From: Thermodesulfobacteriota bacterium | Lineage (GTDB): Bacteria; Desulfobacterota_D; UBA1144; Nemesobacterales; UBA2774 | DNA: 64,000 nucleotides | Assembly: GCA_965223335.1 (NCBI GenBank) | Contig: OZ244991.1 | Span: 2,304,001 to 2,368,000, forward strand | Direction of reading: 5' to 3' | In this document: positions 20,499 to 30,890 of the stretch, piece after piece | Layout of the letters: each line of letters starts with the position of its first letter | Numbering within the stretch: the stretch's first letter is position 1 | Translations under genes and position numbers: made by a program | Notes under the pieces: model-generated | Database searches by the model: none | What the model saw: only the letters and a program-made list of their open reading frames with translations | What the model was told of the DNA's origin: nothing

Positions 20499-21299
20499 CT
20501 AGTCCGCATACACCTGTTGGTGTAGGTCCGATCCCTCTGCTAGTTTGGTTTCCAACACATCCCCATCAACCGACCTCTTTACTAATCCCAGCTTATGCTT
20601 AATTCCATACACAAATGTCCGCCACAACGCTCTCAGCTGTGTCTTTCTATAGTACGAAATCGACCTGTACCTACCTGCAAACTGTGCATCCAGCCACTCG
20701 TTCATCACTACTCTAAAATTTTCATCCCCTTCCTCGTACCTTCCACGTTCGGTGTTCGCGATCTCAATTTCATTAAACTGTAAAGAGTTCGAGCTGTAAA
20801 AATTCTGTATTAAAATCTGCTGTATCTCACACGATGCCCACCAATTAACGCTATCAAACCTCACCTGGTACGGCAGCAATATACGGTCCTCTACAACTTC
20901 CCTATGAAAAGCCATCATCTGCTCATCATTGAATATGAAAGTTTGATACTTATGTAAGGGAAAAGGGGTCTTCTCGGATTTCATAACCACCGGCACTCCC
21001 ACCGCCGGGCGGTAGCGCATCAACAGCTCCTCAAACCTGTCCCATCCCCCGCGTTTAAACTCCACATCGTCGTCTATGTAGATGTAGTATTCATACCGTT
21101 TACCTTTCCCCAGAGCCTCTTCCATCATCCTGTTCCGTCCCTCAGCCCATGTCGAATTCGGGAAATACAGTGCACCGTCCATCTCCCTGTCATAGGTCAG
21201 ATAAACCGCATCTACGCCGGCTCTGTCACCAAGGTGCATATAGTTTTTTACCAGGTCCGCCTGCCCCTGCACCATATAAATGTAATATTTATACGTCAT
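20499..21299 (-). CDS. Glycosyltransferase-like hypothetical protein
   Basis: TWAEGRN and YYIYIDDDV (DxD) motifs. Confidence 0.55.
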   Translation of the reverse strand: MTYKYYIYMVQGQADLVKNYMHLGDRAGVDAVYLTYDREMDGALYFPNSTWAEGRNRMMEEALGKGKRYEYYIYIDDDVEFKRGGWDRFEELLMRYRPAVGVPVVMKSEKTPFPLHKYQTFIFNDEQMMAFHREVVEDRILLPYQVRFDSVNWWASCEIQQILIQNFYSSNSLQFNEIEIANTERGRYEEGDENFRVVMNEWLDAQFAGRYRSISYYRKTQLRALWRTFVYGIKHKLGLVKRSVDGDVLETKLAEGSDLHQQVYAD

Positions 21300-21471
21300 A
21301 CACGTAAAATATAATGAACATATTGCAACACAGGTCAAATTGTTTCTTTTAAACCTTCACAATACACCTAAACATATGCATGTTCACCTATTAATTTTTT
21401 TCAAAACAGTTATATTTATATAGTTATAATAGGCAATTAAAGAGAAGCGGAATTCATATATAGATTTATTA

Positions 21472-22296
21472 ATGAATGTTATCAACTTAAAAGAACTCGA
21501 TGTTCTATCAGAAGAGGTGGAGCGCGAAGCGCTAATTAGTCTTCACGACAATTGTCCTGAAAACACACGCGAATTAATCTCACTCCATCTTCACATACTA
21601 GACGATGCCGTCATTGCCTCGGCCAAAAACGAGCCCAATGTCGTCATTAACCGCACACTCGGCCTAGGCACTCGTCAAGCCCCCTCAAATGATGCTCTAG
21701 GCAAGATCAAAAAGCTATACCACGATGCCGGTGTAGGTCGATTCTTTCTCCATGTTTACCCCGACTCTCACCCTGCTTTTAAACACGAATCCCTCGAGGC
21801 TCAAGGCTTACAAAAAACCCGCGGCTGGATGAAATTCCACCGCGAATCCTCTCCCCTACCTGTCCCCGAAACGGACCTCGAGGTCAAAGAGATTGACTCC
21901 GAACATGCACTCATATTCGGCAAAATCGTCTGCGAATCGTTCGGAATGTCCATGTTTAGCATCCCCATGCTCGCCGGGCTTGCCAACGACCCCCGCTGGC
22001 ACCTGTTTATGAGCTATGATAACGGTGTGCCCGCCGGTGCAGGCGCACTGTTCGTGCATAACGATATGGGTTGGTTAGAATGGGGGGCAACCAATCCCGA
22101 CTTCCGCCGCCGCGGCAGTCAGTCCGCCATCATGGCCGCTCGCATCAACATGGCTCATGAGCTCGGCTGTAAACATATTTTCACCGAGACCGGCGAAGCC
22201 GTCCCCGGCGACCCTCAGCACTCCTATAAAAACATCTTAAAATCCGGCTTTACCGAACTCACCCTCCGCCACAACTACACCCTCGCTGCAGCGTAG
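21472..22296 (+). CDS. GNAT-family N-acetyltransferase
   Basis: GATNPDFRRRGSQSA acetyl-CoA motif; SYKNILKSGF. Confidence 0.8.
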   Translation: MNVINLKELDVLSEEVEREALISLHDNCPENTRELISLHLHILDDAVIASAKNEPNVVINRTLGLGTRQAPSNDALGKIKKLYHDAGVGRFFLHVYPDSHPAFKHESLEAQGLQKTRGWMKFHRESSPLPVPETDLEVKEIDSEHALIFGKIVCESFGMSMFSIPMLAGLANDPRWHLFMSYDNGVPAGAGALFVHNDMGWLEWGATNPDFRRRGSQSAIMAARINMAHELGCKHIFTETGEAVPGDPQHSYKNILKSGFTELTLRHNYTLAAA

Positions 22297-22408
22297 TTCA
22301 TTTTTTCGACTATAAATCACTTATGTAGTGCTCACAGTCCGACATTACGGGCACACTCAGTGTGGCACATTACATGTGTAGGAAATAGTTTTATTTTACC
22401 TTCTCACT

Positions 22409-22615
22409 ATGGGATCTCTGATCCAATCCCGATATTTAGCGATTCGCGTATAAAAAATAGCGCAATGGAGTCGTAAATTGCACACTTAGTGTGCTTTCAG
22501 AAGTTATACGTCAATCTTTTGTTATACCGCGGCGCTAGCCGTGACGGAGTTAGCTATTTTTAGCTAATCGCTCTCAGTCGGTGATTTTTGCATACTTTTT
22601 GTCAAGCAAAAGTAT
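22409..22615 (+). repeat. Structured repeat unit with replaced apical module
   Basis: Unit ends conserved; apex is a gcacacttagtgtgc module. Confidence 0.75.
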
Positions 22616-22682
22616 AACGAAAATGATATGATGTGAGTTATTGAAGTTAAAAAAAATAGGTTATTTAAAGTAGTTACCTATC

Positions 22683-22718
22683 AAAAAAGCCGAGTATGGG
22701 GTTACCTGACTCGGCTTT
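22683..22718 (-). terminator. Rho-independent terminator
   Basis: aaaagccgagt...actcggctttt inverted repeat. Confidence 0.65.
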
Positions 22719-22859
22719 ATATGATAGCTCTGGGCGTTGTTCGCCCATTGATGTATAAACTATACCTAAATCACCTAACTGTCAAGTAACTATTTGCATG
22801 AAATAAAAAATATTTATCAATAAGGAAACACAAAATGCTTTATCAGTAAGAGGCTGGTA

Positions 22860-23465
22860 TTACTTATATTTATTCATCACATAGTCCATCAATTCCAGGG
22901 GCACATCAAATTTATCCACAAGCGCATAATAGAGCGATTCCTTATCCTCTTCAAAGTTGCCCTTCTTAGGGTTGTATACAGTCGGGAATAATCCCACTCC
23001 CAGGTCCCCCTGCTCCGGCAAAAAGTAATATTTCCCCGGCAGCCCATCGGCAAAAGATTCCTTATACAGCTTATCACCGTTGCCGTTTTTGGCCTTAAGC
23101 CCGGTTTTAACCTCGTCACACTGCTCCTCAGTCATTTCCTGATAATAGCACACATCGTCTATCATACTCATATCAAAGGGTATTTCCTTTGCAAACACAA
23201 ACACAATCTCCCCACCCTCTAGATAGGGCTTAATTTGCGAATCGTTTATCATTTTTACGAATATTCTAGAGTCAGGGCTCCACGAGGCCACCCCTGCAAC
23301 GATGGTTTTATCGGATACTTTTACGTTAACTCCTCTACCCGCAGGGTCTAGGAGCCTAATAACACTTTTATCCGCACGTGCAGGGTTTACGGCCACAAGC
23401 GCGAGTACGACAACTATTATTAGTCCTGCTAAATGGGTCTTCCGTCCCGGATGGCAACTAAACAT
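22860..23465 (-). CDS. Hypothetical secreted protein
   Basis: Signal-peptide-like N-terminus; 201 aa. Confidence 0.6.
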   Translation of the reverse strand: MFSCHPGRKTHLAGLIIVVVLALVAVNPARADKSVIRLLDPAGRGVNVKVSDKTIVAGVASWSPDSRIFVKMINDSQIKPYLEGGEIVFVFAKEIPFDMSMIDDVCYYQEMTEEQCDEVKTGLKAKNGNGDKLYKESFADGLPGKYYFLPEQGDLGVGLFPTVYNPKKGNFEEDKESLYYALVDKFDVPLELMDYVMNKYK

Positions 23466-23688
23466 GTTCGATTAAATTTAGCGCAGGTTCCTTCAATATT
23501 CAACTCTTATTGTTTTATAGAGTAAAATATTTACATTCTTTTGAATTCATGCATCTTAAATCGCTGCATAACTCTGATATTATTTCAACTATAATATATA
23601 GTTACAGTAGATTATGATTCACTGAGATAAAGTCTGAATAAATTTCCTTATTGACATGATGACTGACAAAATTTAGTATTATTTTATA

Positions 23689-23928
23689 ATGTTAGAACAG
23701 GAATTTGAGTACTATAAAAAAAATCAAGAGAAACTTGTTAAGAAATACAATGGAAAGTATATTGCGATTGTAGGTAAAAAGGTAATTGGAGTTTTTGATA
23801 ACGAATTAGAAGCATATACGCATGCCAAAGAACAGCATCCTGTTGGCACTTTTCTTATTCAATACTGCTCACCTGGAAAAGAAAACTACACACAAACTTA
23901 CTATTCTAGAGTAGCCTTTGGTAACTAG
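23689..23928 (+). CDS. DUF5678-like small protein
   Basis: LVKKYNGKYIAIVGKKVIG motif. Confidence 0.7.
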   Translation: MLEQEFEYYKKNQEKLVKKYNGKYIAIVGKKVIGVFDNELEAYTHAKEQHPVGTFLIQYCSPGKENYTQTYYSRVAFGN

Positions 23929-23942
23929 TATAGGAACCATTA

Positions 23943-24506
23943 GTGAAATACCCCAAAAAACCTGTATCTGGTTTCACCACACGTTCAAATAAGCTATCTC
24001 TTGTTTTACAAAATGATATTGAAGTGTCTGAAGTATACCTCGTATCATCTCCACCTGATGATATTCCTATAAAGTTGCCATACCAATGCATTTGGGATAC
24101 CGGTGCAACTAATAGCGTAATTAGTAAGAAAGTAGTTGAAGAGTTACAACTCAAACCAAGTGGTAGAGTCAAGGTAAATGTTGTTGGTCCAAGCGATGAA
24201 GATAAACATTATGAAACTAGTACTTATCTTGTCAATCTATTTTTGCCCTCAAAAGTTGTGATTTATGCAAAAGTTGCAGAAGGTTCTATCACAGGTTGTG
24301 ATGTCTTAATCGGAATGGATGTTATCACACTCGGTGATTTTGCAGTTACTAACCACAATAACAAAACTACATGGTCTTTCAGAGTACCATCTTGTGACGA
24401 AATTGACTTTATTAAAGATATAGTTGCACATAATAAGAAATTTAAATCTCCAGAGCAACGACGTAAAGAGAGAAACAAGCGCAAATCCCAAAAACGTAAA
24501 AAGTAA
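23943..24506 (+). CDS. Retropepsin-like aspartyl protease
   Basis: IWDTGAT and VLIGMDVI motifs. Confidence 0.8.
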   Translation: MKYPKKPVSGFTTRSNKLSLVLQNDIEVSEVYLVSSPPDDIPIKLPYQCIWDTGATNSVISKKVVEELQLKPSGRVKVNVVGPSDEDKHYETSTYLVNLFLPSKVVIYAKVAEGSITGCDVLIGMDVITLGDFAVTNHNNKTTWSFRVPSCDEIDFIKDIVAHNKKFKSPEQRRKERNKRKSQKRKK

Positions 24507-24514
24507 TAAGTCAT

Positions 24515-24796
24515 TTACATCCTCTCCCCCATCTTTTTAATCGCCCTTTTATACAGCTTCATTGCCCCCATCGCACTCATTCCCAGCTGCTCCCCAATCG
24601 CTTTGTACGAAGACCCGCTCTCCCCTATTATTCCCATCCTCATCTCCACAGCCGCCCTCTCCTTTTCACTCAATACCCCAAGTGCCGCCTCCACTCTATC
24701 CCTGTTCACACTCTCACGCACCTCATCCGGCAAAAGCTCTAGTATATTTATCATCCCCTCATTGTATTTCTTCACTACCTCCCCTCCCGATAACAT
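24515..24796 (-). CDS. Sigma-70 region 4-like HTH protein
   Basis: LSEKERAAVEMRMG...SYKAIGEQLGMS...KRAIKKM. Confidence 0.7.
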   Translation of the reverse strand: MLSGGEVVKKYNEGMINILELLPDEVRESVNRDRVEAALGVLSEKERAAVEMRMGIIGESGSSYKAIGEQLGMSAMGAMKLYKRAIKKMGERM

Positions 24797-24818
24797 TATT
24801 CAGCTTATTTGTACAATC

Positions 24819-25093
24819 ATAGGGTCGTAAAACCCTAATCCGACATCAGAGATAGAGCGTTAAGAAAACAGGGTAGCGCGGAGTTAAAATTGATTTTCGG
24901 GGCTGTGGTGGGATCTAAATCAATAGCCCACACAGTGCCTGTGCTCGCATAACATTTCTACTCAACGACTTTGGCCTTATGATCTGTCTAATAACTCATG
25001 CTACTACCTCAAGATGGGGTCATTGACCCCTGTTTTTAGCGTATATCTCGTTAGTCGGTGACTTTTGGCTACTTTTGGTCAAGCAAAAGTAGC
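24819..25093 (+). repeat. Structured repeat unit with internal insertion
   Basis: gagata/tatctc stem type. Confidence 0.75.
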
Positions 25094-25231
25094 ATATAAA
25101 TAGGTATGTAGCTTCATCCTACCGATAGATAATCCCAAATATTAATATAGCCCCGTCACTCTCTTCAAATAAGGGGTCCGTGACCCCGGTCCCTATAAGA
25201 ATATTCGATAATCCCATATCTGTATACAAAC

Positions 25232-25255
25232 AAAAAAGGGGCCAAAGGCCCCTTT
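25232..25255 (-). terminator. Rho-independent terminator
   Basis: aaaggggcc-aaa-ggccccttt. Confidence 0.65.
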
Positions 25256-25304
25256 CTTGCGGATTGATCAATATGTTTAGTTGGTACTACAGAAGCAAAT
25301 CTTT

Positions 25305-25781
25305 TTAACTAGCTTGTTCTTTCATTATTAGATCTATATATCCAAGCCCCATAGCATCAAACAGGTTCAATGCTATGCTCATCCCACCGCTTATCACCAT
25401 CGCACCCACTCTATTGAGAGCGTCTGCGATCTTAATAAGGTCATCTGCTTTCCCATCCTCCTCACAAACATCACTTACCACATGCAATAGTCCGTCCAAC
25501 TTTTCTATAAGCTCTATGGCCCCGTCAGGATCATCATGCGAGTCTATCAGGATCTCATCTGCCTTATACATCAGTTTCCTACTAGCATACGACAGGTCCT
25601 TTTGAGTAATTAGCCCTAAATCATCAAAATTCGCTACCAGATAAGACCAGCACAGGTCCCCTATTGCGTGCACCTTCTTTGCTATAGTCACGTTTGTAGA
25701 AGCAGTGTCCCCTAGATCACTGCTTCTAAAAACCGTGATTACGTCACCACCTGTAAATTCAACGTTCATCCTTCTTGCCAT
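25305..25781 (-). CDS. Hypothetical protein
   Basis: 158 aa ORF with AGGAG RBS and downstream terminator. Confidence 0.6.
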   Translation of the reverse strand: MARRMNVEFTGGDVITVFRSSDLGDTASTNVTIAKKVHAIGDLCWSYLVANFDDLGLITQKDLSYASRKLMYKADEILIDSHDDPDGAIELIEKLDGLLHVVSDVCEEDGKADDLIKIADALNRVGAMVISGGMSIALNLFDAMGLGYIDLIMKEQAS

Positions 25782-25904
25782 TCTGCTTCTCCTAAGTCCT
25801 CTTTTAATCTATTCAACATATAGCTTATTAAATAGTTGCTATAACTATCTCATCATACCCATTGTGTGTCTATTGGGGGATCACCCTATTTTAACTAGGG
25901 TAAC

Positions 25905-26133
25905 TACCCACGACCCCATTTATTCCCTGTCGGTCGCTCGACTACTGCTCCCTTGCAGTCCCCACGACCCCATCTTATCCCTACCTGTCGCTCATTTTCT
26001 ACATTCGCTGGCGGTCCCCACGACCCCATCTTTTTTCTTTAGCCTTTAACTCATGGTGTCGTAGACACCAATTCCGACGTTAGCGATATAAAAAGGGGTC
26101 TGTCCCTCTTTATCAGTGGACTGACCCCTTTTT
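25905..26133 (+). repeat. ~55-bp tandem module plus repeat fragment and REP-like hairpin
   Basis: ccacgaccccat occurs three times; ggtgtc/gacacc hairpin; ggggtctgtcc..ggactgacccc. Confidence 0.7.
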
Positions 26134-26184
26134 ACTTTTGATTGAATGAGACACATACCTACTTAGTCTTTTGCCTTTCCCCTA

Positions 26185-26364
26185 ATGGGATTGCAGATCC
26201 CAATCCCGACATTACGGCAATGGCGTATAGAAAATAAGCTTGAGAGGCGTAAAAATGGATTTCGGGGTCGGGGTAGGATAAATCTATTTAGCATCGAGAG
26301 ATTATTTTTAGACATTTCCGTACAGTCGGTGATTTTTGCACACTTTTCATCAAGGAAAAGTGTG
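26185..26364 (+). repeat. Structured repeat unit
   Basis: Full unit. Confidence 0.85.
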
Positions 26365-26426
26365 AAGGTAATGGGTATAGCGTATGGGCCTACAGATATA
26401 CAATCCCAATTGCAAAAAATGTCCCG

Positions 26427-27143
26427 TTACTCCCTATTGCCTGGGTCGCTAGACCCCCCTTCCCGCAAATCCACATACTCCGGCTCATCTCCAGTGGCAC
26501 GTTCCAGGCTGTATGCAAACAGCTCCGATTGTTTTTCCATCTCCCGTCCAAGCTCCTTGAGCCGTCTTTGTTCCTGCGAGAGTCCCCTATCGCGTATGCT
26601 CTCAATCTGAGCGTCCAGGCTCCGTACAAACGGCCCCTGCTCCCGCCCTGTCAGCTCCGCCGCCTGCTTTAGCCAGCCGAGTCGTTTTATGTCGTCCGTA
26701 TTCGCGGCGTTTGTCATGAGCCGTCCCATATCCTCGTCCCCGAGCCTTGCCGCCGCACTCACATATGTGCTCCGTTCCAGGTCCTCACGAAGCAAATCAA
26801 TGCTCGTCACCAGCGCTAGGAACAACCCCTCCTGCCCAATGTAGTTATCCCCGGCCTCAAGCCTTCGCTTTATCTCCGCCGCCCGTTCCCTTGGGATGTT
26901 CTTTGGATACAAAGTGGCTTCTATGTTCGACCGCCTCTCGTTTATATCGCTTTCAAATTTGTGTTTTATCTCCTCTGTCGTCCCTTTTAACGCCGCGGCG
27001 AGCTCCTTTTGCTTTTTCTCTTTGCCAATAGCGCTTAGATTCTTGTCGGTCTTTACTTCGACCAGCTTAGCACGGTGCTTTCTAATTGCACTATCCAGCT
27101 CCTCATAATAAAGGTCTATACTCTTTTTCAAGTCATCGCCCAT
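26427..27143 (-). CDS. Hypothetical phage protein downstream of portal
   Basis: AGGAGG RBS; helical; C-terminus runs into repeat DNA. Confidence 0.65.
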   Translation of the reverse strand: MGDDLKKSIDLYYEELDSAIRKHRAKLVEVKTDKNLSAIGKEKKQKELAAALKGTTEEIKHKFESDINERRSNIEATLYPKNIPRERAAEIKRRLEAGDNYIGQEGLFLALVTSIDLLREDLERSTYVSAAARLGDEDMGRLMTNAANTDDIKRLGWLKQAAELTGREQGPFVRSLDAQIESIRDRGLSQEQRRLKELGREMEKQSELFAYSLERATGDEPEYVDLREGGSSDPGNRE

Positions 27144-27164
27144 TCATTCCTCCTTCAACCCTTT

Positions 27165-28550
27165 CTACACCTCGCCCCTTATCTCGGCCACAATCCTCGC
27201 CATATCTTCTTTCTCAATCCTAGGCGCCATACGCTTTGCTATCCGCTCCTTCATAATCTGATCAAACCTCTCCGAGATACTAAGCGTATTCGCACGCAGT
27301 GCATTCTCTATCTCTTCGCTAAGCGAATTTATCTCAAACTCCATCGGATACTCGATCACATGCCCCGGATCGGCGATCCCCTGCCACTTGGCCCAGTACC
27401 CAAGCGCTTTTGTCTCCGCCTCCTCCATATTAAGAGCCTTATTTGTGAGAGTGTTGTTGGTGATCATAAAATCATACGACCTTGCCACCCCGCTCGCTTC
27501 CTCTGTCACACCGATAGCACCCCTTAGTGTTGCCAGTCTGTATATCTCCTCCACTCCCTTTTCTATCTGCTCCATCAACACCCTGGCCTGCGAAGCGTCC
27601 GGGCTTATGAAGTGCGGGGCATGCTTTGCGTCCGGCGGAAACCCTAGCCCCCTTGCCGTACCCAGCGCCTTATCGTTAAGCGGGTTGTTCGGGTCCTCGG
27701 GCATTACCAATTGCGAAAAGGTCTGTCGGTATAGTATCTCGTCCAATAATGAGCACCAGTTAAACAGCGCTCGGTTCACATATGCTATATCGTTTAATAG
27801 CGAGAGCCCCTCCATCGGTTCTTCCGAGTAATGACATACAGGAACTAACGGCACTTCCCCCACGGGGTGTTCATCTTCGTCTGTTTTTACAGCGGTTTTT
27901 TTGCCTTTCGAGTCCTCTGTTATTTCAAACAGCTCCCACGACTCACGCGTCCATATGCGAAACATCTGCTTGCCGCTGCCCTGCTTACGAAAGTCCCCGC
28001 TCTCTGTACCGGGTTCCTCGACCTTTGCCCATAGCAAGTTGCCGTACTTGTCCACACCCCAGTCCCAGACCGCAAGGGGCGATATCCTCACAAAATAGGG
28101 GTAGAGTCCTCCCTCAAGCTCATCCTGCCTCGTCACCGCCTCTGCCGACGGCTTGTCCACGAGTATAAAGTGGATACCCGTCACCGACGCCCATTTCGAT
28201 GCCCCTCTTATAAACTCCTCATAGCTACCACAGCGCTTATCCGCATTGCGCAGAAACATCTTAAACAGCACATCGTCTGCGAGCGCGCCATAGTCCCTTG
28301 TCACGGGCTGGCGGTATATAAACGAGTTATAAGCGTTTACAATCGGTGCACAATAATTATAGAAATAGGCCCGCTCCTTCCGCTCTATAAAACTCTCCGC
28401 ATCCTCAAACACATGCATATACAGGTGCCCCCCGCGCACATACTCCACCCCCCCACGGTACGACTCCTCAAAAAACCTGTACACGTTCTCAAGCCCCCTG
28501 TACTCCTCGCGCTTTCTCAGCACACTCTCAGTCAGGCTGTCTGTCGCCAT
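27165..28550 (-). CDS. Phage portal protein
   Basis: YFYNYCAPIV, HPVGEVPLVP, ASGVARSYDF; follows terminase; start MATDS with RBS. Confidence 0.8.
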   Translation of the reverse strand: MATDSLTESVLRKREEYRGLENVYRFFEESYRGGVEYVRGGHLYMHVFEDAESFIERKERAYFYNYCAPIVNAYNSFIYRQPVTRDYGALADDVLFKMFLRNADKRCGSYEEFIRGASKWASVTGIHFILVDKPSAEAVTRQDELEGGLYPYFVRISPLAVWDWGVDKYGNLLWAKVEEPGTESGDFRKQGSGKQMFRIWTRESWELFEITEDSKGKKTAVKTDEDEHPVGEVPLVPVCHYSEEPMEGLSLLNDIAYVNRALFNWCSLLDEILYRQTFSQLVMPEDPNNPLNDKALGTARGLGFPPDAKHAPHFISPDASQARVLMEQIEKGVEEIYRLATLRGAIGVTEEASGVARSYDFMITNNTLTNKALNMEEAETKALGYWAKWQGIADPGHVIEYPMEFEINSLSEEIENALRANTLSISERFDQIMKERIAKRMAPRIEKEDMARIVAEIRGEV

Positions 28551-30039
28551 TTTTTTTACCCTCCCTTTCCATATCAAAAATTGATTTTTTACTCCCCCGC
28601 CTACCCCACACCCCACCATGGTACGTATACTTAAAATTCCTCCCATACCCCATGTACTGAAGTGCCTGTGTGATGCTGTCCACTACGTCGGTGTTCTTTG
28701 AATTCGGAAACCCCGCCGCATGCCTTATCACCTCGTCCGACCACGGCTCAGATTTTGGGATCATCACCTTCCCGGCCTCAAACAACGGTGTCACCGCATG
28801 CGCCCTTGCCTCTTTATCGCGCTCCGGAGTCACCGCCCGCACAGGCATTCGTGTAGTGCTGCGCAGTTCCTGTATCAGACTCTGTCCCGACGCCTTATCC
28901 TCTATCAACACCTCGTGTGGCGTGTGCTTTTCATATATGCGCAGAGCCTCTTTTTTCAGTTCCGGGAACTCGAGCTTCCCCCACCACGCGTCTACCAGGT
29001 AATACGCATTCTCACTCACCACCCATGTGGTACACGCCGAATAACTGCTCGACTCCCCCGTTTTAAATCCCGTATCCCACGACTGCACCACCCGTTCTAT
29101 TTTTTCAGGTAACACCGTGAAGTAGTTCCACATTGAAGATTTTATTATGTTGCCCCCGTCCGGAGTGGGGTCCTGCTGATATATGCTATCAAAGTGGCTT
29201 CCCAATAGCTCCTTTGTCTCCAACACATTTTCTATCGGATACTTATCCGGCCACAGCGTTTCACCCTCCAAAAATGTGTGTTCTCCATATATATAGTCCA
29301 TCTCCGCAATCGCGGGCATTTTGAGTACCACCCATTTTTCCGGTTCTGTTTCCAAGAGCCTCCCCACCAGGTCGTCCGAGTGCCACCTCGTGTTGACGAC
29401 TACTATCGCACCGTCCTTCTCTAGCCTCGTGTACAGAGTGGTCTTATACCAGTCCCACACCGTCTCGCGAAGGTTCTCGGAATATGCCTCCTGTATGTTC
29501 TTTATCATATCGTCGAGTATTAAAAGGTCTGCCCCGTGTCCCGTCACGGATCCCCCTCTACCCACAGCCACGAATTTTCCCCCCGCCGTAAGCTCCCACA
29601 ACGAGCCCGAAGATGAATCCTTCCGCACCCAAGACGATGGAAACACACACCTGTGCACCTCACTCTGACACAGGTTCCTTGCCCGCTTGCCGAAATACAG
29701 CGAAAACTGGTCGTTATAACTCGCGAGTATCACTTTCTTTCGCGGCTCCCGCCCCAAGTACCATGCCGGGAATCTTATTGATGCCAGCTCCGACTTGCCG
29801 TATCTGGGCGGTACTAAAACCATAAGCCTCTTTATCTCACCCCGCGCCACCCGTTCCAAGTGACTCGCCACCACCTCATGGTGCCAGTTAGGCTCATACA
29901 CCGGGTACGTGAACCTTGTATAGGTCAGTAACGATCCCCTACCGGAGTCCGAAATATACTCACGTAGACTATCAGTGCTCTCTGCCTGTTCTCGTGCTCT
30001 GGCGCGCTGTTCTGACAAGGCCAAGCAATTCCTCCTCAT
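28528..30039 (-). CDS. terL: Phage terminase large subunit
   Basis: Walker A PPRYGKS, Walker B LLILDD, nuclease motifs SWDTG, IEDKASG, DVVDS. Confidence 0.92.
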   Translation of the reverse strand: MRRNCLALSEQRARAREQAESTDSLREYISDSGRGSLLTYTRFTYPVYEPNWHHEVVASHLERVARGEIKRLMVLVPPRYGKSELASIRFPAWYLGREPRKKVILASYNDQFSLYFGKRARNLCQSEVHRCVFPSSWVRKDSSSGSLWELTAGGKFVAVGRGGSVTGHGADLLILDDMIKNIQEAYSENLRETVWDWYKTTLYTRLEKDGAIVVVNTRWHSDDLVGRLLETEPEKWVVLKMPAIAEMDYIYGEHTFLEGETLWPDKYPIENVLETKELLGSHFDSIYQQDPTPDGGNIIKSSMWNYFTVLPEKIERVVQSWDTGFKTGESSSYSACTTWVVSENAYYLVDAWWGKLEFPELKKEALRIYEKHTPHEVLIEDKASGQSLIQELRSTTRMPVRAVTPERDKEARAHAVTPLFEAGKVMIPKSEPWSDEVIRHAAGFPNSKNTDVVDSITQALQYMGYGRNFKYTYHGGVWGRRGSKKSIFDMEREGKKNGDRQPD

Positions 30040-30595
30040 CCATCGATTCTATGTACTCGTTCACAACTCTTATATCTTTCGATATTTCATGTTTCACTCT
30101 GCCCTTTGTTTCCACATTCTCCGTAGACATGCCGTATAAAAGCCGTTCGAGTTTGATTATGTCCTGCACAGGTTTGATGTATTTCTGTGTCAGGTCCATA
30201 AGCTTTTCTAGCGATAGCCCATCCAAGCTGTCCCCATCAAAGTCCGAGTTCCTTATCTGCTCCAGACGCCCTAGCAGTGAATTGATGGGTGCGATTGCAG
30301 CCTCACGAGCCTTTTTAACCATCTCCTTGTGCGTTTCGTTAATTGACTGAATCTCCATTTCGTATTTTTCGCGTTTTACACGGTCGTTGTACTCATCGTA
30401 CGCTGCAGCACGCTCCCGCCAGTTGTATTCGGCCGAGAAATTCCCCATGTGACTCCCCGACTTACCAATGATCTCGCCCGTTTTTTCGAGCGAACGCTCA
30501 GGCCCAAGGTCACGATATACACAAAACGCTTTAAACGCCTTTATTGTCTCCCCCTCTGCCCTATCCCATGCCATCTTCTCTTGATTTTTTTTCAT
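29972..30595 (-). CDS. terS: Phage terminase small subunit
   Basis: AFCVYRDLGPERSL..WRERAAAYD HTH-like region; upstream of terL. Confidence 0.7.
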   Translation of the reverse strand: MKKNQEKMAWDRAEGETIKAFKAFCVYRDLGPERSLEKTGEIIGKSGSHMGNFSAEYNWRERAAAYDEYNDRVKREKYEMEIQSINETHKEMVKKAREAAIAPINSLLGRLEQIRNSDFDGDSLDGLSLEKLMDLTQKYIKPVQDIIKLERLLYGMSTENVETKGRVKHEISKDIRVVNEYIESMDEEELLGLVRTARQSTRTGREH

Positions 30596-30643
30596 TTATT
30601 CTCCTACCGACCCATTACGTCTATGCCTATAGTTGCATCTCTA

Positions 30644-30890
30644 GGGGTCTCACCCTCTTTGCCCGTGGACTGACCCCGTAGTTGCGGGATTTAACAGGGG
30701 TCTGTCCCGCACAGAACCTGTGCTTGTGTAGCATTTCTATCTCAAAAAGGGGACTGTCCCGCCTATCCCCTCTTCCCCATTTTGTCCCTCCCTGCCGTTC
30801 GCAAAAGACCGCTCTCTTGCGGTCCCCATTGGCATTTACGTAATGGGACTCCCTAAAAATGGGGTCCGTGACCCCTGGACTGATCCCTTA
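30644..30890 (+). repeat. Cluster of REP-like hairpins and 55-bp module
   Basis: ggggtc..gacccc motifs; ccccattttg module. Confidence 0.7.

Noticed and set aside
28551..28646. N-terminal extension of the portal ORF
   Set aside because: Overlaps terL; a better start with RBS lies at 28550.
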